Part shown: in pieces, positions 47,601-61,098 of the stretch
How positions within the stretch are numbered: position 1 is the stretch's first letter
Layout: each line of letters begins with the position of its first letter
From: Lingula anatina
Lineage: Eukaryota > Animalia > Brachiopoda
DNA: 64,000 bases
Assembly: GCA_051362555.1 (NCBI GenBank)
Contig: CM120642.1
Location: 21,142,001 to 21,206,000 of the forward strand
Direction: 5' to 3'
Position numbers and translations under genes: made by a program
Notes under the pieces: generated by a model
What the model was told of the DNA's origin: nothing
Databases searched by the model: none
What the model saw: only the letters and a program-made list of their open reading frames with translations

Positions 47601-50600
47601 AGCTATTTCAGGCACTGGTAGATAAATCAAGAAAATACTAAATTTTCTCTGTTTGTAGGTCCAAAACACACATTTACATATACACTCAACCAAAGAAGTT
47701 AGGAATAACAGTTATGTTTAATAACTATGAAATTACCATATGCGGTAATTTTAAACAAATATAGATGGATTATGTTTCCACCATTCATTACTTTTTAATT
47801 ATATACACTGGAGATTTTCCCACTACATTAAATAGTTTTCAATTATTGAAAAATAATTTCACGTTTCTGATCTTTTTTGTTTAGTGTTTAATGCATATAT
47901 AAAAATCAATGCTCTCTAAACAAACTTTTGAATGATAATGATAATACACAAAAAACAATAATTTTTACCTTATGTAAATTATACGATAACAAGGTGCACT
48001 AATACATGTATGGACGAAAACAAAAGTAAAGAATCAGAGTGGGGATATTGCTGCCTGATGTTGTACCATCAAGCTCAATCAAGTTTAATGGTTGCTACGG
48101 ACGTATCTGTTTTAGTTGTGGATAGCTGGAAAATATGCCAAGTGTATTTTAAGTAGGTCAAGGGTTAAATTAAAGGTCATATTAGGATGATCACTATATG
48201 ACTTCCTATTCAAGTTCAACATTGACTATGGGTGTATCTCAACTAGTTTTGGAGATTAGGGCTAGAAAATTGACACAGTGCATTTTATTGTATAAAGCAG
48301 GTCCAAGTTATTATTTAAGGTCACATTTTGACTGCTAGAACAGCAAAAATTAAAACAAGGCAGCAAAGCTGTCAAATGTACAGACAAAAAACAGAAAATA
48401 AAGATGCAAAATAGGTCATTTTGTCAATTTTGATGCAATAATAAATAATGCTTATAATAGCACTGTCAGTCAACACTGAATTCTAATCATGCACAACAGG
48501 TACCATGGTCAATAACAGGAGCAAACCCAGAGATATTTTCTGATAGTATTCCAAAGTATCTATGTTGATCCATCCCCCATTTTTATGGTCTTCCAACAGA
48601 AAAAAAATAGATACCAGTCAATATAAACTTAATAACCTGACCCTCTTCCGGAAGACCCAGAAGATGGTCTCAATCCACCCCTTCAATAAGATTACAGTTT
48701 CAGGATCATGAGAGTTTAAATTCACATGATGAAAGTCTCAATTTTTGAAAAATGATGACAGTGCATAAAATAATATTACATAATGTTTAAAGACATAAAA
48801 AACAATACAACTGCTTACGTGGAAATAAAGACAAGACAGCACGGTTCTGAAATGTTTTTTTCCCCATTTTTAACAATTTTTAACATAAAACAAAATTAAC
48901 AGTTTACTGCCATTTTTATATGATCAACTAAGAAAATTGATGAGATGGGAAAAATATCAATAGAACAGTGTTAAATGTCCAATTTCCTCCATTCTGAGAT
49001 TCTGAACATAGTGAATGATTAAATCTGACAAACTGCAATGATATGAGTTTATTTCCATTTTTGACACTTTTTTACACAATACATGATAACAAGTTTACCA
49101 TCATTTTTACTAAATCAACTAACAATGTTGTAAAGATGCAGGAAATGTCAAACAAACGCTTTTACGTATCTTATTAGTTTAATAATGAGACTGTTAACAT
49201 GCCTAAGAAATGAGTCTGAGGAAATGTGAAAAAACAGAATACCTTCAAAAATATTGGCACGATTATGCTGGTTTACGAACTCAACATGCATTTTAGCAAA
49301 ACTGACCACTCCTATGACTTTCATGACAATTGGCCCATCTGTTTTTCTTATATTGTGTTTACAGTGTTGCATATATGCTGAAAAGTGTAAAAAACAGCAT
49401 AACTACTAAAATAAGAAGTTTACCATCATTTTTACATAATCAACTAACAATGTTGTAAAGATGCAGGAAATGTCAAACAAACACTTTTACGAATCTTATT
49501 AGTTAAATAATGAGACTGTTAACATGCCTAAGAATTGAATCTGAGGAAACGTGAAAAAACAGCACAACTTATAAAATAATGGCCTGATTATGCTGATTTT
49601 CAAACTTGACCTGCGTTTTAGTAAGATTAATTACTCCTGTGAGTTTCATGACAACAGGTCTATTGGTTTTCCTTGAAATGTGTTAACAGTGTTGCACATA
49701 TGCTGAAAAGTGAAAAAAACAGCATAACTACTAAAATAGTGGCCTGATCATGCCAATTTTCGAACTTGACCTGCGTTTTAGTAAGATTGATTACCCCTAT
49801 GAGTTTCATGACAACAGGCCTACCGGTTTTTATTGAAATGTGTTAACCATGTTGCATATATGCTGAAAAGTGAAAAAATAGCATAACTTCTACAATAATG
49901 GCCCGATCATGCTTATTTTCGAACTTAACCTGCATTTTATGAATATTCATCAGCTCTGTAAATATAAAGCCAAAAAGTAAAACTGTCTTCCACTTACGGT
50001 GTTAACGCTGAAAGTGCACAGCGACGGTGACGGCAACATGATTGGCGACAGCGACGACAGACGCAGGTGGCCTCATAATAAAATATACGTATCGTGGATT
50101 TTCAGAAAATGTGACTAGCATGGGTCTTCAAGCCCGTGGAGGTTCTAAGTCACACCTTGAAAATGCCAATATGTGAAAAATTAAACTTTCACAAAAAACT
50201 GATTAACTGCCAAAAAAATTTACCAAATAGACTGCATTGCCCACTGAAGCTTTATTTAAGTCCCATGTTTCTTCCTGTAAGTTTGAGAACAGTAAGTGAC
50301 ATGGTTTTCCTTAAATGGTCATCATGGGAGCAGTGTCCAAAATAGGGGTGTCTTCAAATTTTGATGCAATATTACATAATGTTTAACAGGATAATTACCA
50401 TCAATTTTTAATAATAAAATATTAGTATCATGGATATTCAGAAAATGTTCCTAGCAAAGGTCTTCAGGCCCAAGGAACTTCAAAGTCACACCTTGAATAC
50501 GCCAAAATGTAGACAAGACAGCACTGTCCTGAAATGTGTTTTTTTCCATTTTTAACAATTTTTTAACATATAACAAAATTAACAATTTACTGCCATTTAT

Positions 50601-52017
50601 ATATGATCAACTAAGAAAATTGATGAGATGGGAAAAATATTAATAGAATAGTGTTAAATGTCCAATTTCTTCCATTCTGAGTTTCTAAACATACTGAATA
50701 ATTGAATCTGACAAACTGCAATGATATGAGTTTAATTCCATTTTTGACACTTTATTACACAATACACCATAACAAGTTTACCATCATTTTTACGAAATCA
50801 ACTAACAATGTTGTAAAGATGCAGAAAATGTCAAACACTTTTACATTTCTTATTAATTAAATAATGAAACTGTTAACATGCCTAAGAAATGAATCTAAGG
50901 AAATGTGAAAAAACAGCATAACTTCTAAAATAATGGCCCAATTATGCTAATTTTCAAACTCAACCTGCATTTTAGTAAGATTGACCACTCCTGTGAGTTT
51001 AAATGACAATTGGCCTATCTGTTTTTCTTATATTGTGTTTACAGTGTTGCATATATGCTAAAAAGTGAAAAAACAGCATAACTACTAAAATAGTGGCCCG
51101 ATCGTGCCGATTTACGAACTTGACCTGCGTTTTAGTAAGATTGATTGCTCCTGTGAGTTTCATGACAACAGGCCTATCGGTTTTCCTTGAAATGTGTTAA
51201 CAGTGTTGTATATATGCTGAAAAGTGAAAAAACAGCATAACTTCTACAATAATGGCTCGATCATGCTGATTTTCGAACTTGACCTGGGTTTTATGAATAT
51301 TCATCAGCTCTGTAAATATAAAGCCAAAAAGTAAAACTTTCTTCCACTTATCGTGTTAACGCTGAAAGTGCACGGCCCCGGCATCGGCGACGGCGACGGC
51401 ATCGGCATCGGCGACGGCGACGACGGCGACGACAGACGCAGGTGATGGCAATATGTACAGACACATCTGTGTCTGTACATAAAAACCTTTGACACTAGAC
51501 CCTGGTCCCAGTCCCGTGGTTATGTCAATCCAGCAGGCAGAGTGATGTTGGATCAACGTTGAAAACAGGTTGGGACGTTGAATTGCCGTTGATTTACCTA
51601 AATTCAACGTAAAATCAACGTTGATCCAGCCACGTCAAAACACCGTCATAATGTGACGTTGACTCAACGCTGTATTTTGGTCACTGACTCAACGTTGTTG
51701 TTTGGTCGTCGTGATGCAAGACATGGATTGTAATTTAAAATATTAATTATTGAGACCGTGACACTTTGTTTATCAATACAGTAACTAACTTTATCAAAAT
51801 ATTAAAAACGGTGTTTTAAAGTAAAAGTGACAGTTGTTTTGTGTCTAGTGAATTTTCTTAACTTGTTATTCTGAAATACATTCCAATAAACTTCCTTGCA
51901 AGGTCAGCTAACACTAGGATGAATAAGTGGCTGTAAATGTGATGGAGTGAAGTTCACAAAGTTGTCAGTTCTCGGTACCCTGTTATAGAGGGACAGGTTG
52001 AGGTGACTGTGACTTTG

Positions 52018-52069
<52 letters not shown>

Positions 52070-55000
52070 TATTTCTTATATAGCGCATTCCATTTTTTAC
52101 ATTTCAATGCACTTTACAAATAATTAAAAAATTAAAAAAGTGCTCTTTTTTTACATCCAACATTCTTTTAAAAAAATCCGTTTGTGGCTTTCTTATATCC
52201 CTTACCAGGTTAAATCTCCATGCATAATTTAAAATATACTAACGTACGTAAAACTGCACATTTAGTTAACACATTAATGATTTTTTCCATGCTACCAGTA
52301 GCAAACAATGCTCTATTTTACCTTGATCTGCTACATGTTTTTGGGTTTGACAAAGCTTACAAATCTGCAAAAAGTTTTGCGTACAGATGCAGAACTTGCG
52401 TTTCAAGTTATAAAATGATTAATCTTTTAAATTATTTAATATTTCAGATGAAATAACCTTCAGAACCAAATCCTCAAAGCATAAATGTTTTAGGATTACG
52501 AACCATTTTATTACAGCAGTTCCCATTTTTTTCTTTAATATAACGCTCTTTTTCCTGTTTTTCCATGGAAGCAATGCCTGGGCATACGCATGCTTCAAGA
52601 TACCCTGAGAGCAATTTCTTTTATTAATGTTCGCGACCGTGTTTGATCTTAATTGTTTAAATATTGATATTTAACGTCATTTACAAATACCAATAAAATA
52701 ACCCCATGAAATAAATGAGAAATATTGAAAAATATGAAAGCCCACCAAGACGAGTTTGATACCTGTTATTACCTGGCGGTGCATAATTAACAGGTTTTAT
52801 TGTTGACGAGCTCTTGGTCAACTACAATGCATTTAAAATGCATCAGCAATTAGTAAGCTTGCCAACTGATGACAGTTAATGTAAAAGACTATCAGCTTTT
52901 GATATGATCTAAAACACCTGAGGTGACCGAGATCACGAGCATCACAACTATTGTCACCGAAGTTAGTAAGTAAGTCACGGAAGACGGTCACAGACAAAGA
53001 AAGATTGTCAAGGAGTGCTGCAATTTTGGTGAATCCCACGGCAACACACTGAGGCATAAAGAAAATTGCTCAACTCTGTTCAACACAACTTTCCTAAACT
53101 ATTCTGTCTGTATGCACCATGCAGCTCAGTTAAGTCTAATAGACCTTTATCCTCATTCCCAGCAGGCAAACGACATTGATTCTACGTTGATTCAACGTTG
53201 ATCCACCAAAATTAACATTGATTCAACGGTGAATCAATGTCGTTTGTCTGCTGGGATTGTCGTCACAGTACCACGTGACCCAGATCTGTTGCTTCATTTA
53301 TGCATATTGAGGTGAGGTTAACTAAAACACTTTTTTTCTACTAATAGATTGTTTTTATAATTTTTAAATGGCGGGGATCGATTAAAACATACCTCTAGTG
53401 TATAGATCGAGTGCTGAATCTTCAAAATTTGAGAAATGGATTTTTATGTGTCTCTCCTTTAAGTAAATCTATGTAAAAACCCATTTCATGCATTCATATC
53501 CAGCTGTAAAAGTAGATTTAAGACAACAACTCCACAAGAAACTGCCTTTTGTAGAATTGCGCCTTGTACTTTAGGTTTCCAAAAGTCCGGTGTAACAAAT
53601 AACGACAATGAAGAGTACTGTGGTATGGTATGAAATTAATATAACTATGAGGTCATGTATCCAAGTTTTTACAAATTAATTTTTATTGGCAGGTGAATTC
53701 AAGAAAAATTGAAACATGACAGATGTATGTAAATCACCCAATAAGTTATTTAACAAAAATTGGATGTACATCATGTAATTGTCTTGAATAAACAGTAGTA
53801 GTAGTACTTATTTCAATCCCAAAACCTTGTCTATATAAGTGATCAGTTTTTAGACAACTTGACTTCCACATGTACTGAGAAAGATATATGCCATATTTTG
53901 TGTTACTCTGACCAAATAACTGCTATCACAAACAGAAATACAAACTACAAGGTCATGCACTTAAACACATGTGATCCACCTTAAAAAATATAGTAGACAA
54001 CGGGAGGAAAAGTAGCACATTTGCATGTTCATGTAGGTGAAGGACATGTACCAGTACTTGTCTATGTTCATAAATCTCAACAGCATCTCAATATCACTGC
54101 CTATAGACCTTTCACACTTCTATACAAAAATCTGAAGCCTATAATTCAAGGTTTAACAAAAGGAGGAAAATGAATTATTTTGCTTCTAATAAGCAAAGGG
54201 TTGATCCTGAGAGAGCCTTCTAAACTAATTTCCTTTTGATTGTTTATTGTAATGATTACTCCACTCCATTATCAAGAGGTGAGGAATGTGTTGCTTGACA
54301 CAAACATTAAATACAAACCTATTCAACTCCTTGTTTTGACTAGTCACGGCTTTCTCAAGACTGTTAATCTAGTGTGCGGAGTGTGGCTTGTCACACTTTT
54401 CATGAGGAGATTTACCATACTTGACATTGCTCAGGCCTTATAAACGGATTGTGCATTTGTTAACACTACCTACAGATCTTTTAGCACTAACCCCCATATT
54501 AACCACATAAACCACAAGTTAACCAACACACTGTAGAAGTATTTACCACTACCAGAGTGATTCCTAGCACTAACATACATCAGCTTTGGTAGTGGTAAAT
54601 ACTTCTTCAGTGTGCTGGTTAATTTGTGGGTTATGTGGTTAATATGGGCATTAATGATAAACAATCTGCAGTTAGTGTAAGTAAATGCCTAATCCATTGA
54701 TAATGCTAACTGACTTTGAATAAATATGATCTTAAATGAAAGCCAAATTATTGAATTTTATTTAATTATTAATGAACATAATATTCGTTAAAAAAGGCCT
54801 CTTTTCAACAGGTGTGGTTTTATAAACAAAATTTTATGCAAACAAATAATAGGGTAAAGAGTAAGTTGGCACAGAAAGTCTACTCTTCAGGTGGTGCTTA
54901 CTGTGTGATACCAGGCACAGTTGTACTGCTACTGACCTCCAATTATGCCTAGTATTTAAAGTGATGAATGTGTAAGGCATGTGCCAAATTGTGTAATGCT

Positions 55001-56903
55001 CCAAGATTTGATTCCAGCTATGGTTCCATTGTTATCGATTCTCCCCTTTCTATTGTCAAGAAAGGGGGCAGATGGGGAAAAAGTACAATATCTGGTCCTG
55101 CAGGACCTAGGCAAGTCCATGGACTTTCTCTTTTAGAGTTCTGTATTTATAATTTCCTACTCAAATTCAATAGTAGTTATGGGTGTATCTCTGCTAAACC
55201 AGCAAAAACTGACACCACATCCAGTGCTGTACTAGATAAGCTCTACAGAATGCAACAAACTAGAGGTCTCTGGGTTTCACAGTTCCAGAATTAAAAAGCT
55301 AGAGTTTTCAGTTTTGGCATTTACTGACTGTTTCCCCTGTAAAAATGGACTGACTGACCCCAAACACATGACCCCAAACAGATGAAAGCAGACCCAAGTG
55401 TAACTTCTCACAATAATATAAAAGTCTAAACAGTTTCTGAAAATTGCACAAAGTATTTTCTCAAATAAATTTGAAAGTTTTACAAAATTTTGAACTTGAA
55501 ACATAAATTAAAGGTCAATAAAAGGTCATATTTAAAATTTCCACAAATGACTTTCCATCAGCCTATGACAGTAACTTTCCTTAAATATGCTTCAGTTTGG
55601 GAGATAATAAGCATTTTTACAATTTTAGAAAATTTTGACAAGGGTGCATTGCCATAAGCATCACACCTATGCACTAAGTTGAAATTATATGTGACCTAAT
55701 TCCAAGAGATGAGACATAGGCCCTTGTAGTCTGTGAGGAGGGTAGGCAATACCCCCCTTAATCACCAATCACCAAGAATTAAAACAACTCAATCACCAAT
55801 AACAAAGATATATTCACATCAATCACCAATCACCAAGAATTCCTGAATCGCATTTCACGTAGAATATTGGGCTCAAATAATGCATCACACTTGAAAAATA
55901 AGGCCAATTATGCGGAACGCAAAAAGGATTCCCTACCCTTTGTGAGGAGGAGTGGTAACAGTGACTTTTTTGTGACGGGAGCCAACAGAGCCAGCAGACA
56001 GGACGAGTTGAGACTAAAACCATGTGTATACCCTTAGACCCCATTCCCATAGATATTTAGATCGATCTATCCTCCTAGGGAGTCTCATTAGATTGGTGTC
56101 AGCTTAACAGGCTTAAATGTCTGTCCCGCCTACTAAAAGGTGTAAGAGGGTAATTCACTATGGTGCGCGCTTGGCTGACTGCAATTTAGCGTGAACCCCC
56201 AGGGAGTTAGGTCGATCCAAATGGATCGATCTAAATCTCTGGGAATACAGTCTAAAACTCATGCTGATGGCACTATAATAATTCATAGAACAGGTGCTGA
56301 GCTTACTTACACCCAATCAAAATGCTCACCCACATCATTTGAAAGCTTTGAAACAAGTGAAGACTGTAAATAGTGAAAAAATAGCAGGGAATGATCAGAT
56401 TAAGTACTGTAGGAAATACTGCCCAGCAGGCATAGTTGCATTGGATCAACGTTGAAAACAGGTTGATACATTGAATTGCCGTTGATCTACCTAAATTCAA
56501 CGTAAAATCAACATTGATCCAGCCACGTCGAAACACTGTCATAATGTGACGTTGACTCAACGTTGTATTTTGGTCATTGACAAAACCTTGCAGACATGGA
56601 TTATATTTTAAAATATTAATTGTTGAAAACGTGATACTTTGTTTATCAATACTGTAACTAACTTTATCAAAATAATCAAAATAAGTGTTAAAAGTAAAAG
56701 TGACAGTTGTTTTGTGTCTTTAGTGAACTAGTGAATTTTCTTAACTTGTTATTCAGAAATACATTCCAATTAACTGAATTCCTTGCAAGGTTTGCTAGCA
56801 CTAGGATGAATAAGTCCTGTAAATGTGATGGAGTGAATTAATAAAGTTAACAGTTCTTGGTAACCTGTTATACATAGGCAGGTTGAGGTGACTGTGACTT
56901 TGT

Positions 56904-56945
<42 letters not shown>

Positions 56946-59943
56946 TCTAAACCTTGGAAATTTTAACTTAAAAGCCATACTTTTATACCCTACCCTCAGG
57001 TCATTTCAATATCTTTTCATGCAAGAATGTTGTCTAACAACTGGGGTTGATACAATGTTGTTATCTGACATTGATACAGCGTTGTTATCTGAGATTGAGT
57101 CAGCTTTCAAATCCAATGTTTATCCAACGTCTTATCAACGTCATGGTTCAACATTGTTTCAATGTTAAAACAACATATTTTGCCCGCTGGGTGGAAATTT
57201 CTCAGACCTTACTATGGAAAATACTGGGATACATTTATATAACTTGTTTTAAACAATAGTTTTTATTGCAACTTTTAGAGTATTTCCTGGTATCTGTGCC
57301 CATTTACTCCAATGTTCACTTTTCTGGTTATGCTGGGTCAATGTCCGACTATTTTCCTTCATTTCCTATCGAACTTTATTAGACATGTCTAAACAAATTC
57401 TGGTGGTACTTTTTCTACTGGGATTCATAGATAATATTATTGTAAATAGGCAGTGATAATTTGTTTATACTCACAAGCATCTCCATACTTCCTGGTCCTG
57501 TTGTGCATGGCATGCATGGAAGGACTGCGTTGTGTGTTGTGTGTTGGATTATCTGTTCTGGGCACCTCATGATGCTTGGCTGGGTCTATCTGCAGCTGAA
57601 CCAACTGTTCCATTACCTCTTCCTTGGTTGGATCATTACCTAGAAACAAAAAGATGATGTTTTATTATGTACGGGATCCATACCATTACCAATGTGGGAA
57701 TCCATACCATTACCAATGTGGTTTTCATGTGAGAGCAATGTAAGTAACAATGTGTAACATGAAAATATTCAATCTAATTAGAGGATCAGAGAGGAGTATG
57801 GCTGCCAGATATTATACCACAAGCAAGATTTAATGCATGCAAGTTTGATGGTAGCTATGGATATATCTGTTTTAGTTGGGGAGATTTTGGAGATGGGAAG
57901 TTTGGAAAGTGCATTTCATGCAAAAAGTAGGCCAAAGGTCAAAATCAAGGTCACATTAAGATGCCTAATATATGATTTCCTATTCAAGTTCACAAGTTCT
58001 GTAAGTACTTGTGTATATCTGCCAGTTCTAGAGATATAAGAGCTAGAAGTTTTGCAGACAAGATATTTGCAAAGTGCATTTCAAGGCAAAAAGAAGCTCA
58101 CAGGTCAAATTCAAGATCACATTAAGTTATGCCTTAAACATGACTTCTTATATTCAAGTTCAATAGTACGTATGGGTGAATATATTTCTCTGTTAGTTTT
58201 GGATTTTTTTACCATTGAGCAGCATTTCCTTAGGATTTGGGGGAAAGGGAGTCACAATGTTAATCTGTCATTTGGTCACAGATTTACAGGGAGTCCAACC
58301 AAGTCCCAAAGTCCCCAAAATATACCATGAGTTGGGTGATATGTAAATTAATTATTAATATATATTTTTAACATTCATTCAAGATATTAATTTAAGTATT
58401 TTTCTTACTTTTTCATATTGCTAACATATTTTTGGGATTCTATATATTATAATAACTATTTTATTATGCATATGTGAATACAATATAATTATCTAGTTAT
58501 AACAAATTTAAAATAATTGCAAGCAAAACCAAAGAACTAATGTCTGACTTCTCAAAAGAAATTCATAATTCAACATACAGGGATAACAACTGTTCATTTT
58601 GGCCAAAAAATGAATTTTCCTAGGGTAAAGGAAATTTTTCTTATACTTACCAATGGTAAATGAATCCATTCCCAAATTAAAAATTAGTCCCTGTTTTTTT
58701 TTTTTTTTTTTTTTTTTTCTAAAAGGTTTGGGTTTTTGTAATAATCTCTTCATAATTTTATTTGATAAGAATGATAATCAAGATCACAATTAAAAATACT
58801 GATATTTGATGTGTTTGACACCCATAAAATGTCAAAAACAATTCAATAAGTAAAGCACACATATTATTATGGACTGATACAAATTACTGACACATTGGTG
58901 AGTAGTGCTCAGTATCATAATAACACACACTGCTTTTGCATGGTGTAGAAAATGAAACGTTTAAATTTATGATTATAACATTTATGAATAGACTACACAG
59001 ATGTATTTTCATCAGTAAATATTAAATAATACATTAAATGTTTAATTTTCAAATTTTTTGCATAATTTTTATGCATAATAAAACATGAATTTATAAATGT
59101 TCTGTAATTTTTTGGTCTTTGATGAAACATTCTTCACGTAAAAATTCCTGCAAGTTTTTTCTATCAGTGCCAAGCTTCCATGTTTTGTTATATGCTATTA
59201 TGACAAGCCACCAAAACTTGCCGCCTATTTAATTATATAAAAGACATAAAATGACAAATTATGCACGTTCAAAGGCAATTACAACAGGATTCACTTGTCG
59301 CAAATAATAGCCTCGAAACTAACGGTGATATCGCTATTAGCACTCAGTCACAAATTGCAATGCCTTCAAGCTATGGAATAGCGACAAATTGCCATGATTG
59401 CACTTAGACCCCATTCCCACAGATATTTAGATCGATCTATCCCTCTGGGGAGTCTCACTAGATTGGAGTCAGCTTAACAGCCTTAAATGTCTGTCCCGCC
59501 TACTAAAAGCTGTAAGGGGGTAATTTTAATTAAAACTAGTTAAAACTATGGTGCGCACTCGGCTGACTGCAATTTAGCGTGAACCCCCAGGGAGTTAGGT
59601 CGATTTAAATTTAAATCTCTGGATCGATCTAAATCTCTGGGAATGCACTCTTAGTCACAATTTGCAATGCTTTCAAGTTATGGAGCCCTGAACAAAAACA
59701 AAAATATGGGTTGGCAGTTATCAGGTGACCCTTTCCAAAATACATAATGGGGAAACAACACATGCTTCCAAAGACAATGGAATGCGCAACAGCACTGGCG
59801 TCGCCACAGACAGACACAGTGAACAGCATATATGCTCACACACAAACAGATTGTTACTCACACTGAGGTTGCGAGGCTTTCCCTTGGGCAGCAGCAGTAT
59901 ACTGGTCTACTAAGCGTGTTGGAACTTTCCACTTCATAAACAT
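44633..59943 (-). CDS. Uncharacterised 310-aa protein (gene 3), 6 coding exons
   Basis: Exons 59862-59943, 57475-57639, 47484-47614, 45785-45980, 45428-45539 and 44633-44879. All GT-AG; phases 1,1,0,1,2 join into a 933-nt ORF, MFMKWKVPTRLVDQY...AAQKWLSSASEQDRRVALQFFQSV...TTWHHLPVYP...PRHFAIHPDWG*. AATAAA on the minus strand at 44546-44551. Extra exons in the long second intron cannot be excluded. Confidence 0.85.
48830..51485. mobile_element. Helentron/HINE-like family A composite (two tandem copies) in the long second intron of gene 3
   Basis: Body duplicated (~48830-49400 and ~50510-51090), multiple repeat units, (GGCGAC/GGCATC)n microsatellite at 51380-51432, terminal hairpin at ~51455-51479 and AAAAA end. 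Confidence 0.8.
51529..52063. mobile_element. 3'-truncated copy of the CCCAGC-ended (CACTA/EnSpm-like) MITE
   Basis: Collinear with 56422-56940; ends in the internal (TA)n tract. Confidence 0.75.
53158..53255. mobile_element. 98-bp hairpin mini-MITE with CCCAGCAG termini
   Basis: cccagcaggcaaacgacattgattc...gaatcaatgtcgtttgtctgctggg, flanked by ATT on both sides. Confidence 0.8.
54439..54702. mobile_element. Foldback/MITE-like 264-bp palindrome
   Basis: cccatattaaccacataa...agaagtatttaccactacca mirrors tggtagtggtaaatacttct...ttatgtggttaatatggg. Confidence 0.8.
55738..55940. mobile_element. ~200-bp MITE inserted in a family-B element
   Basis: Ends GAGGGTAGG...CCTACCCTT, duplicated flank TGTGAG(GAG), internal AATCACCAAT repeats. 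The uninterrupted site is seen in the homologous copy at ~5685-5720. Confidence 0.65.
56037..56252. mobile_element. PIF/Harbinger-like MITE
   Basis: TIR GAC...ATTCCCA.AGA / TCT.TGGGAAT...GTC, TTA/TAA flanks, closely similar to 59407-59650. Confidence 0.8.
56422..57191. mobile_element. CACTA/EnSpm-like MITE with CCCAGC termini (770 bp)
   Basis: CCCAGCAGGCA...TGCCCGCTGGG, 2-bp TSD TG, repeated subterminal CAACGTTG palindromes. Confidence 0.8.
59407..59650. mobile_element. PIF/Harbinger-like MITE
   Basis: TTA TSD (59404-59406, 59651-59653). Removing the element restores a second copy of the local repeat gcact.agtcacaa.ttgcaatgc.ttcaag.tatgga (first copy 59340-59377). Confidence 0.85.
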
Positions 59944-60593
59944 CTAGAACATGACAAACATGAAGTTAAAGGATACATATTAAAGTAATTTGACATTGTA
60001 TGCTTTTTGATATGTACTTGTGATATACATGATCATAATTATATTGAGGGCCCGGCAGCTGATGGGCAGTTGCATGCAGTGGACAAGTAGGAGTTGTAAC
60101 TGACTTATCCCACACCTGGCACTTAGAGCAATGGGATATTTGCACTTATTACTTGCAAAGAATTTGCAAGTCTATTGGTTGTTTGGGGAGATTCGGCCCA
60201 GGCAGGCAGAATATGGTTATGCGGGTAGGCTGGCCCATGTCATATGCCTTGTGTGCCCCTAACATGCATGGTTAAAACGGAAGAGGCCGTTGAACGGCAG
60301 CCATTACCTCTTCGATGAAACACACAAATTCGACGTTTTTGACGTGAAAACCGTTTTTTTGAGACGAGGTAGGTGTTACAAGGGGGTAAATGTATGCATC
60401 ATATGACAGACAGTTGCTTTGTTTAGGTCATTGGGACGTTCAATTTGCAGTTATTAGTGTTAAAGTGCAACGTGAAAAGGAGACATTATGCTTATTCCCA
60501 GGTCAACAAATGCATGTGGTGTGCAAAAGGAAGCTTTAGTCGCTGTGCACTAGGCACGTATATATTTTAGTGCCCTATCTTAATTGAATAGTC

Positions 60594-60644
60594 TGCATAG
60601 CTCAGGCATTAGAGTGGGAGGTCCTGGGTTCAAGCCCTGGTGTG
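60594..60644 (+). other. tRNA-derived SINE head remnant
   Basis: A-box-like TAGCTCAG and B-box-like GGTTCAAGCCC; too short for a cloverleaf. Confidence 0.4.
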
Positions 60645-61054
60645 ATGTGCGACTTTCTTTTTGCTTTATATTGTTTCTTTTTTTTTTTTTTTTGTTGCAT
60701 ATTTAAGCATATGTTAACATTGTTTTATTTATTTATATGAAAAGATAGTTATATTATCAGATATCTACTGATAAAATAGACTAAAAAATATGGCAATCAT
60801 TTATGCAATTATAATGCAGTGTAAAACAAAGTTAGATTTAGATAGAATAAATATGCTGCCAGTACAACTTGCATTTTCTTGTTTAATTTGTAATTAAATC
60901 TAAAAATTACTAGATTCAAAAATGAATAAAAATTAAAAGTAAATTGAAAGTTTAAAAAATTTACAACTTTTGCAAAATTTTTTGCTCCCTGTGAGCAATT
61001 TTATTTTACTTTGGTGCTCAGAATGCCCCAGAGCGTATTAAAATAGAGGTGGCC

Positions 61055-61098
<44 letters not shown>

